From: a virus
Virus record (IMG/VR): IMGVR_UViG_3300042545_001484
Location: 1 to 64,000 of that record
Length of the DNA stretch: 64,000 nt
Direction: 5' to 3' (one strand)
Positions 42,835 through 52,818 of the stretch are shown here, piece by piece. The notes below the pieces were generated by a model, which was given only the letters and a program-made list of their open reading frames with translations, was not told where the DNA came from and did not search any database. Within the stretch, counting starts at the first letter, position 1, and every line of letters starts with the position of its first letter. The position numbers were made by a program, and so were the translations under genes.

Positions 42835-44401
42835 GACATATATTCCTGGTGGTTTAAAGAAATTTAAAGTCATCCTCAAGAATGCGGATGGCACCAGAGA
42901 GCGTAACATTTCAAATCTAGTGTTAAATATCTCCATCACTGAGGATATATTCAAGAACACACTTTATGGTGCATTACGAATCAAAGACGCTGTAGACCTA
43001 TTGGGTGGTCTCGCGAATATTTCCAATGCAAAGGACACGAGCTTTCCTATTATCGGCGAAGAGTTTCTTGAGATTGATTATGCTACAGAAACAGCAGATG
43101 GTAATCTGGCTGAAGTTAGTCTGCGTTTTGCTGTATATGCTATCGAGAATATCAATTACGCACAGAACAACACACTGAAAGAATACACTCTTAACTTCTG
43201 TAGCGAAGAGCATTTAATCGACGCAACAAGTGTTGTTATGAAAAGCTATAACAGAGCACATAGCGATAACATCGATGATCTAACAAAAGATTATCTGTTA
43301 ATCGACAAAGCAAACAATCCATTCAAGGGCAAAAGAGTTAAAACTCTCAACAAAAAGCAAGAAACCAAAGGTCTACAAAACGTAGTTATTCCTAGACTCA
43401 CACCCCTTCAAGCGTGTCAGTTTCTTGCCAGAAGATCTATCTCCAGCTCTGATGAGTTTGTGTCAGCAACATATCTGTTCTTCGAGAACTTCAAAGGATT
43501 CAATTTCTGCGATGTTGAGTATCTGATCAAGAAGGGAATGGAAAAGATTAAATCAGCAGGAGGTCTTCCTTCTACTGACAACAAGCCACACCCATTCAAA
43601 TATGTGTTTGAGAATCCTCTTATTGGCACTCAGAAAGAAGCAATTAATCCAAGAGAAACTAACACTATTCTGAAGATGCAACAAAAGAGCTTTTTTGATA
43701 CTGTTGCGAAACTAAAGCGTGGTATGTTTGAATCTGATGTTATTGTTTACGATTATATCAATCAGAAGGCTATACCATCAAGATTCCGTTTTCTGGATAA
43801 TGGTGACAAAACAAACAACAAGTCACTGACTCTGGGCAACGAGAAAGAGCAATCTTATCCTGAAAACAGCATCACGTTCATGAACAGTGTTACTTCTAAG
43901 GATGATAAAGAAGTCAAATACAGTCGATTCTTCTTCATTCCCAAGGATCTATCATCGACTAACCAAGATTCGTTTATGGATCAAATCTATCCAGCCAGAG
44001 CATCATACTTCACTCGATTAGCTCAGAATATGTTTACGCTTGATGTATACGGCAACCCAAAGATTAATGCTGGGGATGTTGTTTTCATTACTATGCCAGC
44101 TGGTAATCCACAAGACCCTAGCGCACTGAATCCATATCTTACTGGGTATTATCTGGTTGCCACAATTAACCACATTCTGACACAGACTACATATCAGGCG
44201 AAATGGGATGTGTATAAGAATTCGTTTGGCAAGAAGGTTGAGTCTACTCCTGAAGCTGCTTCAACCAAGACCAAGCCGACAGACAATAAGTCTAAGCAAG
44301 ATAATTATCAAGAAGAAAATGATCCAGGAAGCTTGTTCCCCAATGTCCCTGATAATGGGGTAGTAGGAACTGTTTCAAATGTATTAAGAGGATTGCTATG
44401 A
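42827..44401 (+). CDS. baseplate hub-like structural protein (524 aa)
   Basis: Immediately upstream of the gp5-like gene, with overlapping stop and start. Confidence 0.5.
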   Translation: MTETYIPGGLKKFKVILKNADGTRERNISNLVLNISITEDIFKNTLYGALRIKDAVDLLGGLANISNAKDTSFPIIGEEFLEIDYATETADGNLAEVSLRFAVYAIENINYAQNNTLKEYTLNFCSEEHLIDATSVVMKSYNRAHSDNIDDLTKDYLLIDKANNPFKGKRVKTLNKKQETKGLQNVVIPRLTPLQACQFLARRSISSSDEFVSATYLFFENFKGFNFCDVEYLIKKGMEKIKSAGGLPSTDNKPHPFKYVFENPLIGTQKEAINPRETNTILKMQQKSFFDTVAKLKRGMFESDVIVYDYINQKAIPSRFRFLDNGDKTNNKSLTLGNEKEQSYPENSITFMNSVTSKDDKEVKYSRFFFIPKDLSSTNQDSFMDQIYPARASYFTRLAQNMFTLDVYGNPKINAGDVVFITMPAGNPQDPSALNPYLTGYYLVATINHILTQTTYQAKWDVYKNSFGKKVESTPEAASTKTKPTDNKSKQDNYQEENDPGSLFPNVPDNGVVGTVSNVLRGLL

Positions 44402-45444
44402 ACCCGCACGAAAATAACCCAGAGAACCCACACTTTTTTGGATTAGATCGATTCCTTCCTTTCTTCGGGATCGTAGAAGATCGTAGTGATCCATTGTATC
44501 TCGGTAGATGTAAAGTCCGTATTTTCGGAGTGCATCCTGATGACAAAGAGCTTGTATCTACAGAACAGCTTCCTTGGGCATTTCCTGTTATGCCTATCCT
44601 CGGTAACTCTGCTCTTGGTGGAGCTGGTCACTCTGCAGTTGGACCTGTTGTTGGAACCAATGTCGTAGGTTTCTTTGCTGATGGTTATGATCGTCAGCAG
44701 CCGTTCTTCTTTGGTGTTATCGCTGGCGCTGGTGGACATTTCAATTATGGAACTGAGCAAGGCACACCAGCAACAGGAAGCGACGGAAACTCTGCTTATG
44801 GACCACAAGGCGATGGTCAGGTTTCTGCTCCTCCTGGTAATCTAGATCCAAAGAAACCTGTATACCAGAAGGGAGCAGACATTGCTTCTCGTATGATGCA
44901 GAGGTTCCCAGGAATATCTGCAGCCCAAGCATGCGCAGCTGTTGGTAATTTGATTTATGAGTCTGGCGGTGCGCTCGGCATTGTTCGCGAAGGTGGTAAG
45001 AAAACTCCGCCGCCACAGTCTGGTCACGGTGTTGGTAATGGCTGGGGACTTGCTCAATGGACCAACAATCGACCAAACGCAGGACGCTATACTAATTTCT
45101 GCAACTGGGCAGCAAAGAATGGCAGACAGATAACTGACTACAATGCTAACGTAGACTTCTTCTTGTATGAGCTACAGACAGACTTCAAAAATATTATAGC
45201 CAAATTCAGAAAAGGTGGCGAACACAAAGCACCTTGGCATCCCAAAGGTCCACACAATGTCAACACCATTGAGGGTGCCACAAGATATTTTATTGGCGAT
45301 TATGAACGACCTGCAGAGAAGTATGCGTATAGTTCTGCGGATACTCGTATCAAGCATGCGAAAACCACACTTGCTGCTCTGAATAAAGCAGGTGCACCTG
45401 TCAGGTCTACGGGCAAACCAACAGCCAATACGCCAAGCAAATAA
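44398..45444 (+). CDS. gp5-like baseplate hub N-terminal OB-fold domain fused to a lytic-transglycosylase (SLT-like) domain
   Basis: FFGIVEDRSDPLYLGRCKVRIFGVHP...LPWAFPV is the gp5/gpV N-terminal signature. C-terminal NLIYESGGALG...GNGWGLAQWT resembles the SLT ES...GLMQ catalytic motif. Confidence 0.65.
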   Translation: MNPHENNPENPHFFGLDRFLPFFGIVEDRSDPLYLGRCKVRIFGVHPDDKELVSTEQLPWAFPVMPILGNSALGGAGHSAVGPVVGTNVVGFFADGYDRQQPFFFGVIAGAGGHFNYGTEQGTPATGSDGNSAYGPQGDGQVSAPPGNLDPKKPVYQKGADIASRMMQRFPGISAAQACAAVGNLIYESGGALGIVREGGKKTPPPQSGHGVGNGWGLAQWTNNRPNAGRYTNFCNWAAKNGRQITDYNANVDFFLYELQTDFKNIIAKFRKGGEHKAPWHPKGPHNVNTIEGATRYFIGDYERPAEKYAYSSADTRIKHAKTTLAALNKAGAPVRSTGKPTANTPSK

Positions 45445-45453
45445 GGATATAAT

Positions 45454-47601
45454 ATGGCAACGTTAATAACACTTAATGTGAAGACTACTTTCGGTCAATT
45501 CGAGATTGGCGAGACAGTAACATCAGGAATTGTTTCTTCTACAGTAAAAGCTGTTAACCCTACTGATAATACAATTTCTGTTGATCCTCCACTCATCGGC
45601 GAGTTTAAGGTCAACACACTAATTATAGGATCCAACTCTCTTGCTGTTGGAACAATCATCAATGCGTCAGAATCAAGTGCATTAGATTTGGTCACTCTGT
45701 TTGGTAATCTATTGCCTGACGATTTCTCCTTTACTGATTATATTCTAAACATTGACACGCCTGATATCGAAACTCTTTTAATATCAACTGCAGAGGCTAT
45801 TGGCACAACGGGAGACTCAAAATCAGCTACGGTCGATGAAGCTACTGATGTCATATTGGCAAATCCTTCAGTTGCAGTTGATCCTTCTCTGACAGAAACA
45901 AGACAGAATCCTCTAGATCCTACGGCAAATCCTGGAAGCGCAAGACCTAACGACAGACAGGTGACACCCGTTGCCAATGAGCCTGTTGATGAGTTTAAGG
46001 GTGAATATCCTTACAACAAAGTTTACGTATCTGAAGGTGGACACCTTATAGAGATCGACGACACGCCTGATCATCAGAGATTGTTAGAGCAGCACGTTAG
46101 CGGCACATATAGAGAAATGAAACCTAACGGGAATTATGTCCATAAGGTTGTTAACGACAATTATACCATCGTTTGTGGTGATGATTTTATCAGTGTCGAG
46201 GGCGCTGCTCAGATCGTAGTAAAGGGCAACTGCCAGCTAAGAGTTGGTGGATATCTGACAGTGTCAGCTGATCAGGGTGTGAATGTGTCAACCAAGGGCG
46301 ATTTCCGTGTCAAAGCAAGATCCATCAACATGGAATCAACTAGCGGAAATATTACCACCAAGTCGGCCAAGGATACTATTATCACATCAGCAGAAAAACT
46401 CGACATCAAGTCTAAAGCTAATCATATTGATAGCACTCAGATGACCTCGATGACTGTTGGCGAACAGTTTATTGTTGATGCCAAAAAGATATCACAGCAC
46501 GCCACTACTGATATTTCTCTTGCCTCTGATGCAAAAACATCTATCCAATCTACTGCAGAAACAAATATCAAATCAGGCGCTGCTGTTAATGTCGAAGGTG
46601 CGGGCAATATCAACCTCAAGGCACCTCTTGTTGCATCTTCGCCAATTGATACGGCAACATTAGATGTAACAACTGCAAACATCACCACACTGAATGCAGG
46701 GACAACGAACCTCAAGGGAACTCATAATTCACCCGACGATACAACTAACATCAAGGGTTCTACTACTGCTTCCGTCACTGCACCCATCGCAGCTGAAGCT
46801 GCTGTTCTTGATGCTCCTGTTGCTGCTGAGGAGTCAAAAGGTTCGGGGATTAGCTTTATTACTAATGTCGAAGACTTCGGTATGGCAACAGACGATGATC
46901 CTGATGCTGCAGCTGCAGCGATTAAACACGCTATAGATACAGGAATTGTCACAAGAGAAGAAATGGATGCTCCACCCGAAGGTGGTGGCGAGTCAGATAA
47001 CACACCTCCAACTGATGGTAGCGGAGAGACTTATGATGAGCCAAACAGTGGAAGCACTGGTGGAGCTGCTAAAGGAGCAAGAGCTATCGTAATGAGCAAG
47101 CCAACAATTAGAAATGTTGGAACTCGACCACCAGATAACATTAGACTTTCTACTCGCATTCAGCTGTCATTTGTTTCTACGCACGCTGCAGCAACACCCT
47201 GTGCTGTCAGCGGTCCAAACTCTGAGAGAATTGTTCAGAATCTACAGCTGCTGGCTCAGAACTGCCTTGAAAAAATCAAGGTCAAATTCCCTGATATGAA
47301 AGTTACATCGGGCTATAGAAACTTTGTTCCTAAAGGCGGCGCAACAAAGTCACAGCATTTACAGGGGCAGGCAGCAGATATGCAGTTTAACTGTTCGCGC
47401 AGACAATATTATGAAATTGCCAAATGGATCAAAAACAATGTTCCGTATGATCAATTGCTCTTAGAATATAAGAGCACAGGAAGCAAAAATCCTTGGATTC
47501 ATATTTCATTCAAGGCTTCAGGGAACAGAAACCAAGTCATGACGTTCTTCAACCACAAAAAGAATTGTGATGGATTGAAAAACTTAAATCCGAATGGATA
47601 A
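45454..47601 (+). CDS. cell-puncturing spike-like protein: beta-helical repeats plus a C-terminal peptidase M15 (VanY-like) domain
   Basis: Long run of short V/T/G-rich beta-strand repeats (DNYTIVCGDDFISVEGAAQIVVKGNCQLRVGG...). C-terminal SGYRN, SQHLQGQAADM and WIHIS give the M15 zinc-ligand pattern. Confidence 0.6.
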   Translation: MATLITLNVKTTFGQFEIGETVTSGIVSSTVKAVNPTDNTISVDPPLIGEFKVNTLIIGSNSLAVGTIINASESSALDLVTLFGNLLPDDFSFTDYILNIDTPDIETLLISTAEAIGTTGDSKSATVDEATDVILANPSVAVDPSLTETRQNPLDPTANPGSARPNDRQVTPVANEPVDEFKGEYPYNKVYVSEGGHLIEIDDTPDHQRLLEQHVSGTYREMKPNGNYVHKVVNDNYTIVCGDDFISVEGAAQIVVKGNCQLRVGGYLTVSADQGVNVSTKGDFRVKARSINMESTSGNITTKSAKDTIITSAEKLDIKSKANHIDSTQMTSMTVGEQFIVDAKKISQHATTDISLASDAKTSIQSTAETNIKSGAAVNVEGAGNINLKAPLVASSPIDTATLDVTTANITTLNAGTTNLKGTHNSPDDTTNIKGSTTASVTAPIAAEAAVLDAPVAAEESKGSGISFITNVEDFGMATDDDPDAAAAAIKHAIDTGIVTREEMDAPPEGGGESDNTPPTDGSGETYDEPNSGSTGGAAKGARAIVMSKPTIRNVGTRPPDNIRLSTRIQLSFVSTHAAATPCAVSGPNSERIVQNLQLLAQNCLEKIKVKFPDMKVTSGYRNFVPKGGATKSQHLQGQAADMQFNCSRRQYYEIAKWIKNNVPYDQLLLEYKSTGSKNPWIHISFKASGNRNQVMTFFNHKKNCDGLKNLNPNG

Positions 47602-47635
47602 AAAAAGAGGGGACATTCCTGCCCCCTCTTTCTCC
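47601..47635. terminator. bidirectional rho-independent terminator
   Basis: AGAGGGG...CCCCTCT stem preceded by AAAAAA (a T-run for the minus-strand OMP gene). Confidence 0.6.
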
Positions 47636-47655
47636 ACTTACGGAAGTAGTGCTTA

Positions 47656-48135
47656 TTAGAAGCGTAGACCGATGCCTACTAGACCACCATGCTGGCCAAC
47701 GTTGCCGTTGAAGTCAGTGTAGCGATATTCAACCTTACCATAGACAGGTCCCAAGAGCTTTGCTTCAAGACCACCGCCGAGACGGAGACCTTCGAGCTCT
47801 GCAGTTGTAGTCTGCTTCCAGTTAGAGTAACCGACTTTACCGTAAACGAGAACGGTATCAGCGACTGCATAACCAAGGCGAGCAGAAGCACCAACGTTAC
47901 GGCGATCTAGAACATTGTCGACGTTGGCTTCAACACCAACAACAATATTCTTGTAAAGCTCAGCGTCGAATCCTGCGCCAACGCCGTATGCTACATCGGT
48001 AGTATCGATACCACCAGTAACATTATCAGCACCTGCAGTCACTTCAGCACGAACGCCTGTGAATGGATTAGCCATCGCAGGAGTAGAAACAACAGCAACA
48101 GTGGCTGCGGCAAGAGCAAAAATAGTCTTCTTCAT
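47656..48135 (-). CDS. small outer-membrane beta-barrel protein (OmpX/Ail/Omp25-like, 8-strand type)
   Basis: Signal peptide ...TPAMA; alternating amphipathic beta-strands rich in Gly and aromatics; C-terminal ...GIGLRF with a terminal Phe. Confidence 0.65.
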   Translation of the reverse strand: MKKTIFALAAATVAVVSTPAMANPFTGVRAEVTAGADNVTGGIDTTDVAYGVGAGFDAELYKNIVVGVEANVDNVLDRRNVGASARLGYAVADTVLVYGKVGYSNWKQTTTAELEGLRLGGGLEAKLLGPVYGKVEYRYTDFNGNVGQHGGLVGIGLRF

Positions 48136-48268
48136 ATATTATTACTTTCTTTAATTAAGTTTCTTTTTGAGTTCGGAAACAACACCATACCAGTATTCTT
48201 TCGCCCATTCAGATTGAGAATTATTCAATGCACGATATGCGTTGCCAATTCTCTTTAGAGTCAGCATT

Positions 48269-48670
48269 TCACTTTGCATCTTTAATCCTCTTACGCAACT
48301 CACTAGTACTTAGACTGTGCTTGCGTCTATTATAGTAAACAGGGATAGGAAGTTCTTTTCCTGTAAAATCCTTGTCTACATAATCTTCCCCGATGATCCT
48401 AATGTCAATCTTATGTGTGCTGAGCAATGTCAGCAGATCTTCTTCGGTGTCATAGGGGATGATCTCGTCGACAACACTCAGTGCCTTTAGCTGAACGTAG
48501 CGTTCAAAGACACTTTGTATTGGCTTATTCTTTGCATCTGGTCGATCAATGGTCGGGTCTGTATGCAGCCCAACAATCAGATAATCACACGCATCGGCAG
48601 CTTCTTGTAGCATCAACACATGACCAGCATGTAGAAGATCGAAAGCACCAGCAGTAAAACCAATTTCCAT
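48269..48670 (-). CDS. cytidylyltransferase-fold nucleotidyltransferase, HldE domain-II-like (heptose-1-phosphate adenylyltransferase candidate)
   Basis: GFTAGAFDLLHAGHVLMLQEAA...LIVGLHTD (HxGH-type motif). 133 aa, the size of HldE/RfaE domain II. Confidence 0.65.
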   Translation of the reverse strand: MEIGFTAGAFDLLHAGHVLMLQEAADACDYLIVGLHTDPTIDRPDAKNKPIQSVFERYVQLKALSVVDEIIPYDTEEDLLTLLSTHKIDIRIIGEDYVDKDFTGKELPIPVYYNRRKHSLSTSELRKRIKDAK

Positions 48671-48780
48671 TATAATATCACTCCCATAATAGTTGCAACT
48701 GCAATTAATACTAAAATCATAAGACAGCCAGATCTATCTAGACCCTCCCACATTTCACGTTGTCGAGGATGTTTCATAGT

Positions 48781-49161
48781 TTACTTATCAGCCTGTCTTG
48801 TCAGATACATTTGACGAATAGTTTTTGGGTTGAAAAACTTGATCACATTGGCAAGAGCATCTTCAACTTCGAATGGCTTGCAACTGAAGATGTCGATATA
48901 ACCTTCTTGAGTGTGATCATTAAAATGGGCAACGATGTTTGAAGTCTCAATAAACTGTAGAACAGTCCATCCTTCGAGGTGCTCAACACCGTGACCAAAG
49001 TGAATAATTTGGGGTTCGCCATAAGGCACCATGTCTATATCGACAACCAGTTCCTTTACCCACTGTTCTAGGGTCTCAGGGCTGGTAATTGCTTCTTTAT
49101 CACATTGAGCGCAATCGAGAAGCAAGTGATAGCCCCAATAGCCGCTAGTAGTCCTGATCAT
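48781..49161 (-). CDS. speD: S-adenosylmethionine decarboxylase proenzyme, small bacterial type (SpeD/SpeH-like)
   Basis: 126 aa. HLLLDCAQCD and the processing-site-like IETSNIVAHF resemble the LSESHIS segment of SpeH, as recalled. Confidence 0.55.
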   Translation of the reverse strand: MIRTTSGYWGYHLLLDCAQCDKEAITSPETLEQWVKELVVDIDMVPYGEPQIIHFGHGVEHLEGWTVLQFIETSNIVAHFNDHTQEGYIDIFSCKPFEVEDALANVIKFFNPKTIRQMYLTRQADK

Positions 49162-49323
49162 CGTCGTATAGTTCCTCTATGTTCTTTTTACGTAGAGCAT
49201 TATTTATCTTCTTCTCATAGCGGTGACTATACTTTTCTTTGATCGCTTTAAACTGCCCATTGGCTTCATCGTCATACTTCATAGAATTATTTCGACGATA
49301 ATCGTTACGACTGTTTGCCATAA

Positions 49324-49941
49324 TTAGTCTTCAGAGTCCTCGTCATCGGATGAGCCATGCACTCTCTTGATGTGCTGGGCTAGAGGTCCTGGTAAAAACA
49401 GCTTGTCCTCGTTTGAAGATTCGCAACCAAAAGGGCACGGGATTGCTCGGTCGCGACCTGACCGACCGTCCTTTTTTGGCTCTCCATCCTCCGTAACAAC
49501 GACCTGACCATTTTCGGGCAGAAGTCCAGGGAAGGTGCTGGCAACAAGATCATAGGTGATACCCTTGTATGGCATCTTCTTGTCTTTTACTGCAAGCAGA
49601 AGATCAGCATCATCTGGGTCTAGAGCTTCGAGTAGCTGAACGAATAGAGTTTCGCGGCGAAGCTGATGCATTTCAGGAGCAAGTCCGTCAATGAACAGAT
49701 ATAGCTTCTTTGCTTCGCGATACAAAGTTCCCTGAGCGTCAACAGCTTTATCGAGCTTGGTGTAATTAGGTGCGCCATCAGGGAGAACAAACTTAACTTC
49801 GGGGTGGAAGCAAGCGTGTAGAATTTGGATCAATGCTTTGTTATTTGCACATGTGGCTAAAGCATTCTGCCTTTCCGCCACATTCTTGATCTTTGAGATC
49901 TGAGAAAGAATCTCAGAAATACCCAGAGTATTATTTGCCAT
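49324..49941 (-). CDS. hypothetical protein with C-terminal C2H2-like zinc finger
   Basis: IPCPFGCESSNEDKLFLPGPLAQHIKRVH gives C-x4-C-x12-H-x4-H; acidic tail. Confidence 0.55.
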   Translation of the reverse strand: MANNTLGISEILSQISKIKNVAERQNALATCANNKALIQILHACFHPEVKFVLPDGAPNYTKLDKAVDAQGTLYREAKKLYLFIDGLAPEMHQLRRETLFVQLLEALDPDDADLLLAVKDKKMPYKGITYDLVASTFPGLLPENGQVVVTEDGEPKKDGRSGRDRAIPCPFGCESSNEDKLFLPGPLAQHIKRVHGSSDDEDSED

Positions 49942-50088
49942 TATTATTTGCCTTTAGAAATTGTTTCAATTCGCTGACAACACCAACAAATCTCTGAAGA
50001 GTATCTGCAGGTTTGCTGTAAATGTTGTCACCTCTATATAGCAAGGCATATAACTTGGCTGCTTCAGCCTGTTCTTGACGAGTCGCCA

Positions 50089-50925
50089 TTAAAAATCTCC
50101 AATAGAATCGTGAAGGTTCTTCAACTTGTATTCAATAAAGTAGGTGAATAGATTGCGCTTGTCACCATATTCCTGACTGTCGAACTGCTCGAGCACCTGA
50201 GCCTCGATGTGTTCAGGGATGCAGTCAAAGTCAATCAACTGCTTATTGCGATAGAAGTTGCGCTTGGTGTTTTCGTCAATCTCGTTCGGATCGTATGAGA
50301 TCTGTTCGATACGCTTGGCCGTAACAGGCTTCTGGCGTAGACCCATGACGAAGGTATTATCAGGGGAAAGGCAGTTGGGGATACCGTCGCCAGCGTCACC
50401 CTTGATAATATGCTCCATCAGATATCGCTCGGGATAAGAGCAATGTATTTCCTTCTTGGTCAGAGGGCTATACTGTGTGACGCGAGGATACTTCTGAAGC
50501 TGTTGATAATCCTTATCGCTCGATGCGATCATGATACCTTCAGCATGGTGGTGCTTAGTAAGAACTGCGACGATGTCATCAGCCTCAGCATGCGGCACCT
50601 GAATAACCTTATACGGGAAGTTCTCGCGCAACTCAACCTTAAACTTGTCGAGAGCCTTGAAGATTGCATTCCAGTCAATGTCAGACTCTTCCCGAGCCTT
50701 CTTGCGATGAGCCTTGTAGTAAGGGAAGATATCTTTACGCCAGTAGTTCTTGTCGTCACAAGCAATGACCACGTTACCGTGACCCTTGTACTTTACAAGA
50801 ATGGTGCGAATGCTGTTTAAAAGGATATGACGAAGAAGATCCTCGTCAATATCAATTTTCTTCTGACTACCAACCTGTGCGAACACAGATGAGATCAGGA
50901 ATTGGGACAGGTCAATAATTATCAT
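50089..50925 (-). CDS. rnh: T4-type RNase H / 5'-3' flap endonuclease
   Basis: PIN/FEN-like N-terminus MIIIDLSQFLISS with conserved acidic clusters; 278 aa. Confidence 0.75.
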   Translation of the reverse strand: MIIIDLSQFLISSVFAQVGSQKKIDIDEDLLRHILLNSIRTILVKYKGHGNVVIACDDKNYWRKDIFPYYKAHRKKAREESDIDWNAIFKALDKFKVELRENFPYKVIQVPHAEADDIVAVLTKHHHAEGIMIASSDKDYQQLQKYPRVTQYSPLTKKEIHCSYPERYLMEHIIKGDAGDGIPNCLSPDNTFVMGLRQKPVTAKRIEQISYDPNEIDENTKRNFYRNKQLIDFDCIPEHIEAQVLEQFDSQEYGDKRNLFTYFIEYKLKNLHDSIGDF

Positions 50926-50931
50926 ATTACC

Positions 50932-50960
50932 ACTCTACTTCGTTTTGTAAAAAAAGTCAA
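50932..50960 (-). promoter_or_regulatory. conserved promoter cassette on the minus strand (TTGACT, 17 bp, TAGAGT) driving rnh
   Basis: The reverse complement matches the plus-strand cassette. Confidence 0.55.
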
Positions 50961-50965
50961 GCACT

Positions 50966-51331
50966 TTATTCATCGTTGGCTGGTTCTGGTTCTTCGTCGG
51001 GCAGCAACACAAAACGGTAGCCACCTTCATATTCCTCAATGACAATGCCTTGGTCTTCCATAAACTGCGCAGCCATGTCTTGAAACGGATGCCATTGGTC
51101 AACACACTTCATGACCAACCCCTTGTATGCCTCAAAGAAAAATATCATCTCAGGGCTGTACTCGACAGTGCTGATGTTAATGTCATAATCATTATATAGA
51201 TTATTGATCAACTCGTTTGCAGTGTTGGTGCATATTTCATGAAGATCGTCATAATCTTCTATGTCTGGAAGATTATGTTGTACTTCCTTCTGCTTACGAC
51301 GAGCAATCATATCAATCACTTCACCTGTCAC
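50966..51331 (-). CDS. acidic hypothetical protein (121 aa)
   Basis: Minus-strand operon; overlapping stop and start. Confidence 0.5.
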   Translation of the reverse strand: MTGEVIDMIARRKQKEVQHNLPDIEDYDDLHEICTNTANELINNLYNDYDINISTVEYSPEMIFFFEAYKGLVMKCVDQWHPFQDMAAQFMEDQGIVIEEYEGGYRFVLLPDEEPEPANDE

Positions 51332-51570
51332 TGCAGGGTGATCTTATCTTCTGCTGCACCAAGAGCAGCCATGAGCTCATCAGCTTCGTCTTCGTCGAGA
51401 TCTTCAATGCTAATGGGTTCTGCGTCTGTAAACAAAGAACCATCCTTGAGTTTCTCTACGAATACAGCAAGCAGTTCTTCCATTTGTTCAGGAGGTCCAT
51501 CGAATCCGTCGAAGAAGTCATCGGCAAACTTAACAGTGATCTCTTCGCCAGAGTCAGTCTTAATCTTCAT
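51328..51570 (-). CDS. acidic hypothetical protein (80 aa)
   Basis: Minus-strand operon; overlapping stop and start. Confidence 0.5.
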   Translation of the reverse strand: MKIKTDSGEEITVKFADDFFDGFDGPPEQMEELLAVFVEKLKDGSLFTDAEPISIEDLDEDEADELMAALGAAEDKITLQ

Positions 51571-52664
51571 TATACCACCTTCAATAAAATTGTATCACCA
51601 TTGATACGCCCATTCAATTTAGTGTCTGCAGTTTTAATAGCTGGTAGGAATCCACGAAGAGCAACCTTACCTTGCTGGAAGAAACTCTGAAGCTGTTCCT
51701 CTGGCTTGCGTAGCTTCTTGCTCACAGACAGGTCAGGGTCAAATCCAGTCAGAGTAGTTCCCTTGAACGAGAATCCCTTTGGTGCGTTTGAGTTGTAGAC
51801 ACCCAGAGTTCGGTACTTGGTGTTATACACCCACAGCTGTGTGGCACCGACAACCTTCTGAGGATCAACCGAAGCCAGCTTCAGCGCAGCGTCGCCGACC
51901 TGATACTTGACGTTCTTGACCACATCGGCTGAGGTCTTCAGCTTGATGGCTCGAGGCTTGCGAACCTTGACAGCTTTCTTGTTGTTTAGGTAACGGTCGC
52001 AGTCAGAGATAATTCCAGAGAACACCTTCTGCCAGAACTTCAGCTTCTTGCCGTAGCTTTCCTTGACCTGCTCATCATCGAGGAGCGTTTCCTCCATCAT
52101 CGGCAGATAGAAGGCTCGAACAGCAGCTGCACCCTGAGCAGTGGCCAGCTTCTTGGTAAGAAAATCATACATACCAAACTCAGGATTCAGGTCAAGCTGT
52201 TCTTCAGCGTCTGAGATGAGGTTGTTGATTACTCGCTTGGTGCGATCCTGAATGCTGACAACATTGCTGTTGGTCTTTGGAGCTTCATGCTTGATACCAT
52301 ACAGAGCATTTTCTGTCAGCCGTTCATTGAAGCGCTCCATCATGGTGTCGGGAATGGTTGTGCCATTCAACATCATGCGAGCAATCCAGCACTGGGTGCC
52401 GCTAGTCCGCCAATCAGGTGCGTTGCGAATCTCGCGAATCATCTGGGGCGAACGACCGTCTTTCTTGAGATACTCTAGCAACCACTGCTTGCCTTTGCTG
52501 ACATCATACATGTAGTTATACCAGTTGAATGCATCAGCAAACTGAGAATTGGTCGGCGTCCCCTTGTAAATAGGTTCGTCGCCATAATGCTTCTGATCAA
52601 AACTCTTCGCTTGCGAGCGAGTCTTGGTTTTCATTTTCTTAGCAATTGCCATCATAATCTCCAA
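51570..52664 (-). CDS. hypothetical protein (364 aa)
   Basis: Long minus-strand ORF downstream of a minus-strand promoter cassette. Confidence 0.6.
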   Translation of the reverse strand: MEIMMAIAKKMKTKTRSQAKSFDQKHYGDEPIYKGTPTNSQFADAFNWYNYMYDVSKGKQWLLEYLKKDGRSPQMIREIRNAPDWRTSGTQCWIARMMLNGTTIPDTMMERFNERLTENALYGIKHEAPKTNSNVVSIQDRTKRVINNLISDAEEQLDLNPEFGMYDFLTKKLATAQGAAAVRAFYLPMMEETLLDDEQVKESYGKKLKFWQKVFSGIISDCDRYLNNKKAVKVRKPRAIKLKTSADVVKNVKYQVGDAALKLASVDPQKVVGATQLWVYNTKYRTLGVYNSNAPKGFSFKGTTLTGFDPDLSVSKKLRKPEEQLQSFFQQGKVALRGFLPAIKTADTKLNGRINGDTILLKVV

Positions 52665-52766
52665 AAAATAAAAGGAAGAGAAGTCAGTCCACTTAGGGAA
52701 TTTACAGAGCGAGGCTCAACCCAATATACGAAAGACCATTCGGGACTTCTCTTCAAGTTATAATTC

Positions 52767-52795
52767 ACCATAGCCTATATTTTAAAAAATAGCAA
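52767..52795 (-). promoter_or_regulatory. conserved promoter cassette on the minus strand (TTGCTA, 17 bp, TATGGT)
   Basis: Reverse complement AGTGCTTGCTATTTTTTAAAATATAGGCTATGGTGAAT. Confidence 0.55.
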
Positions 52796-52818
52796 GCACT
52801 ATTTTAGGCTATGAAATA

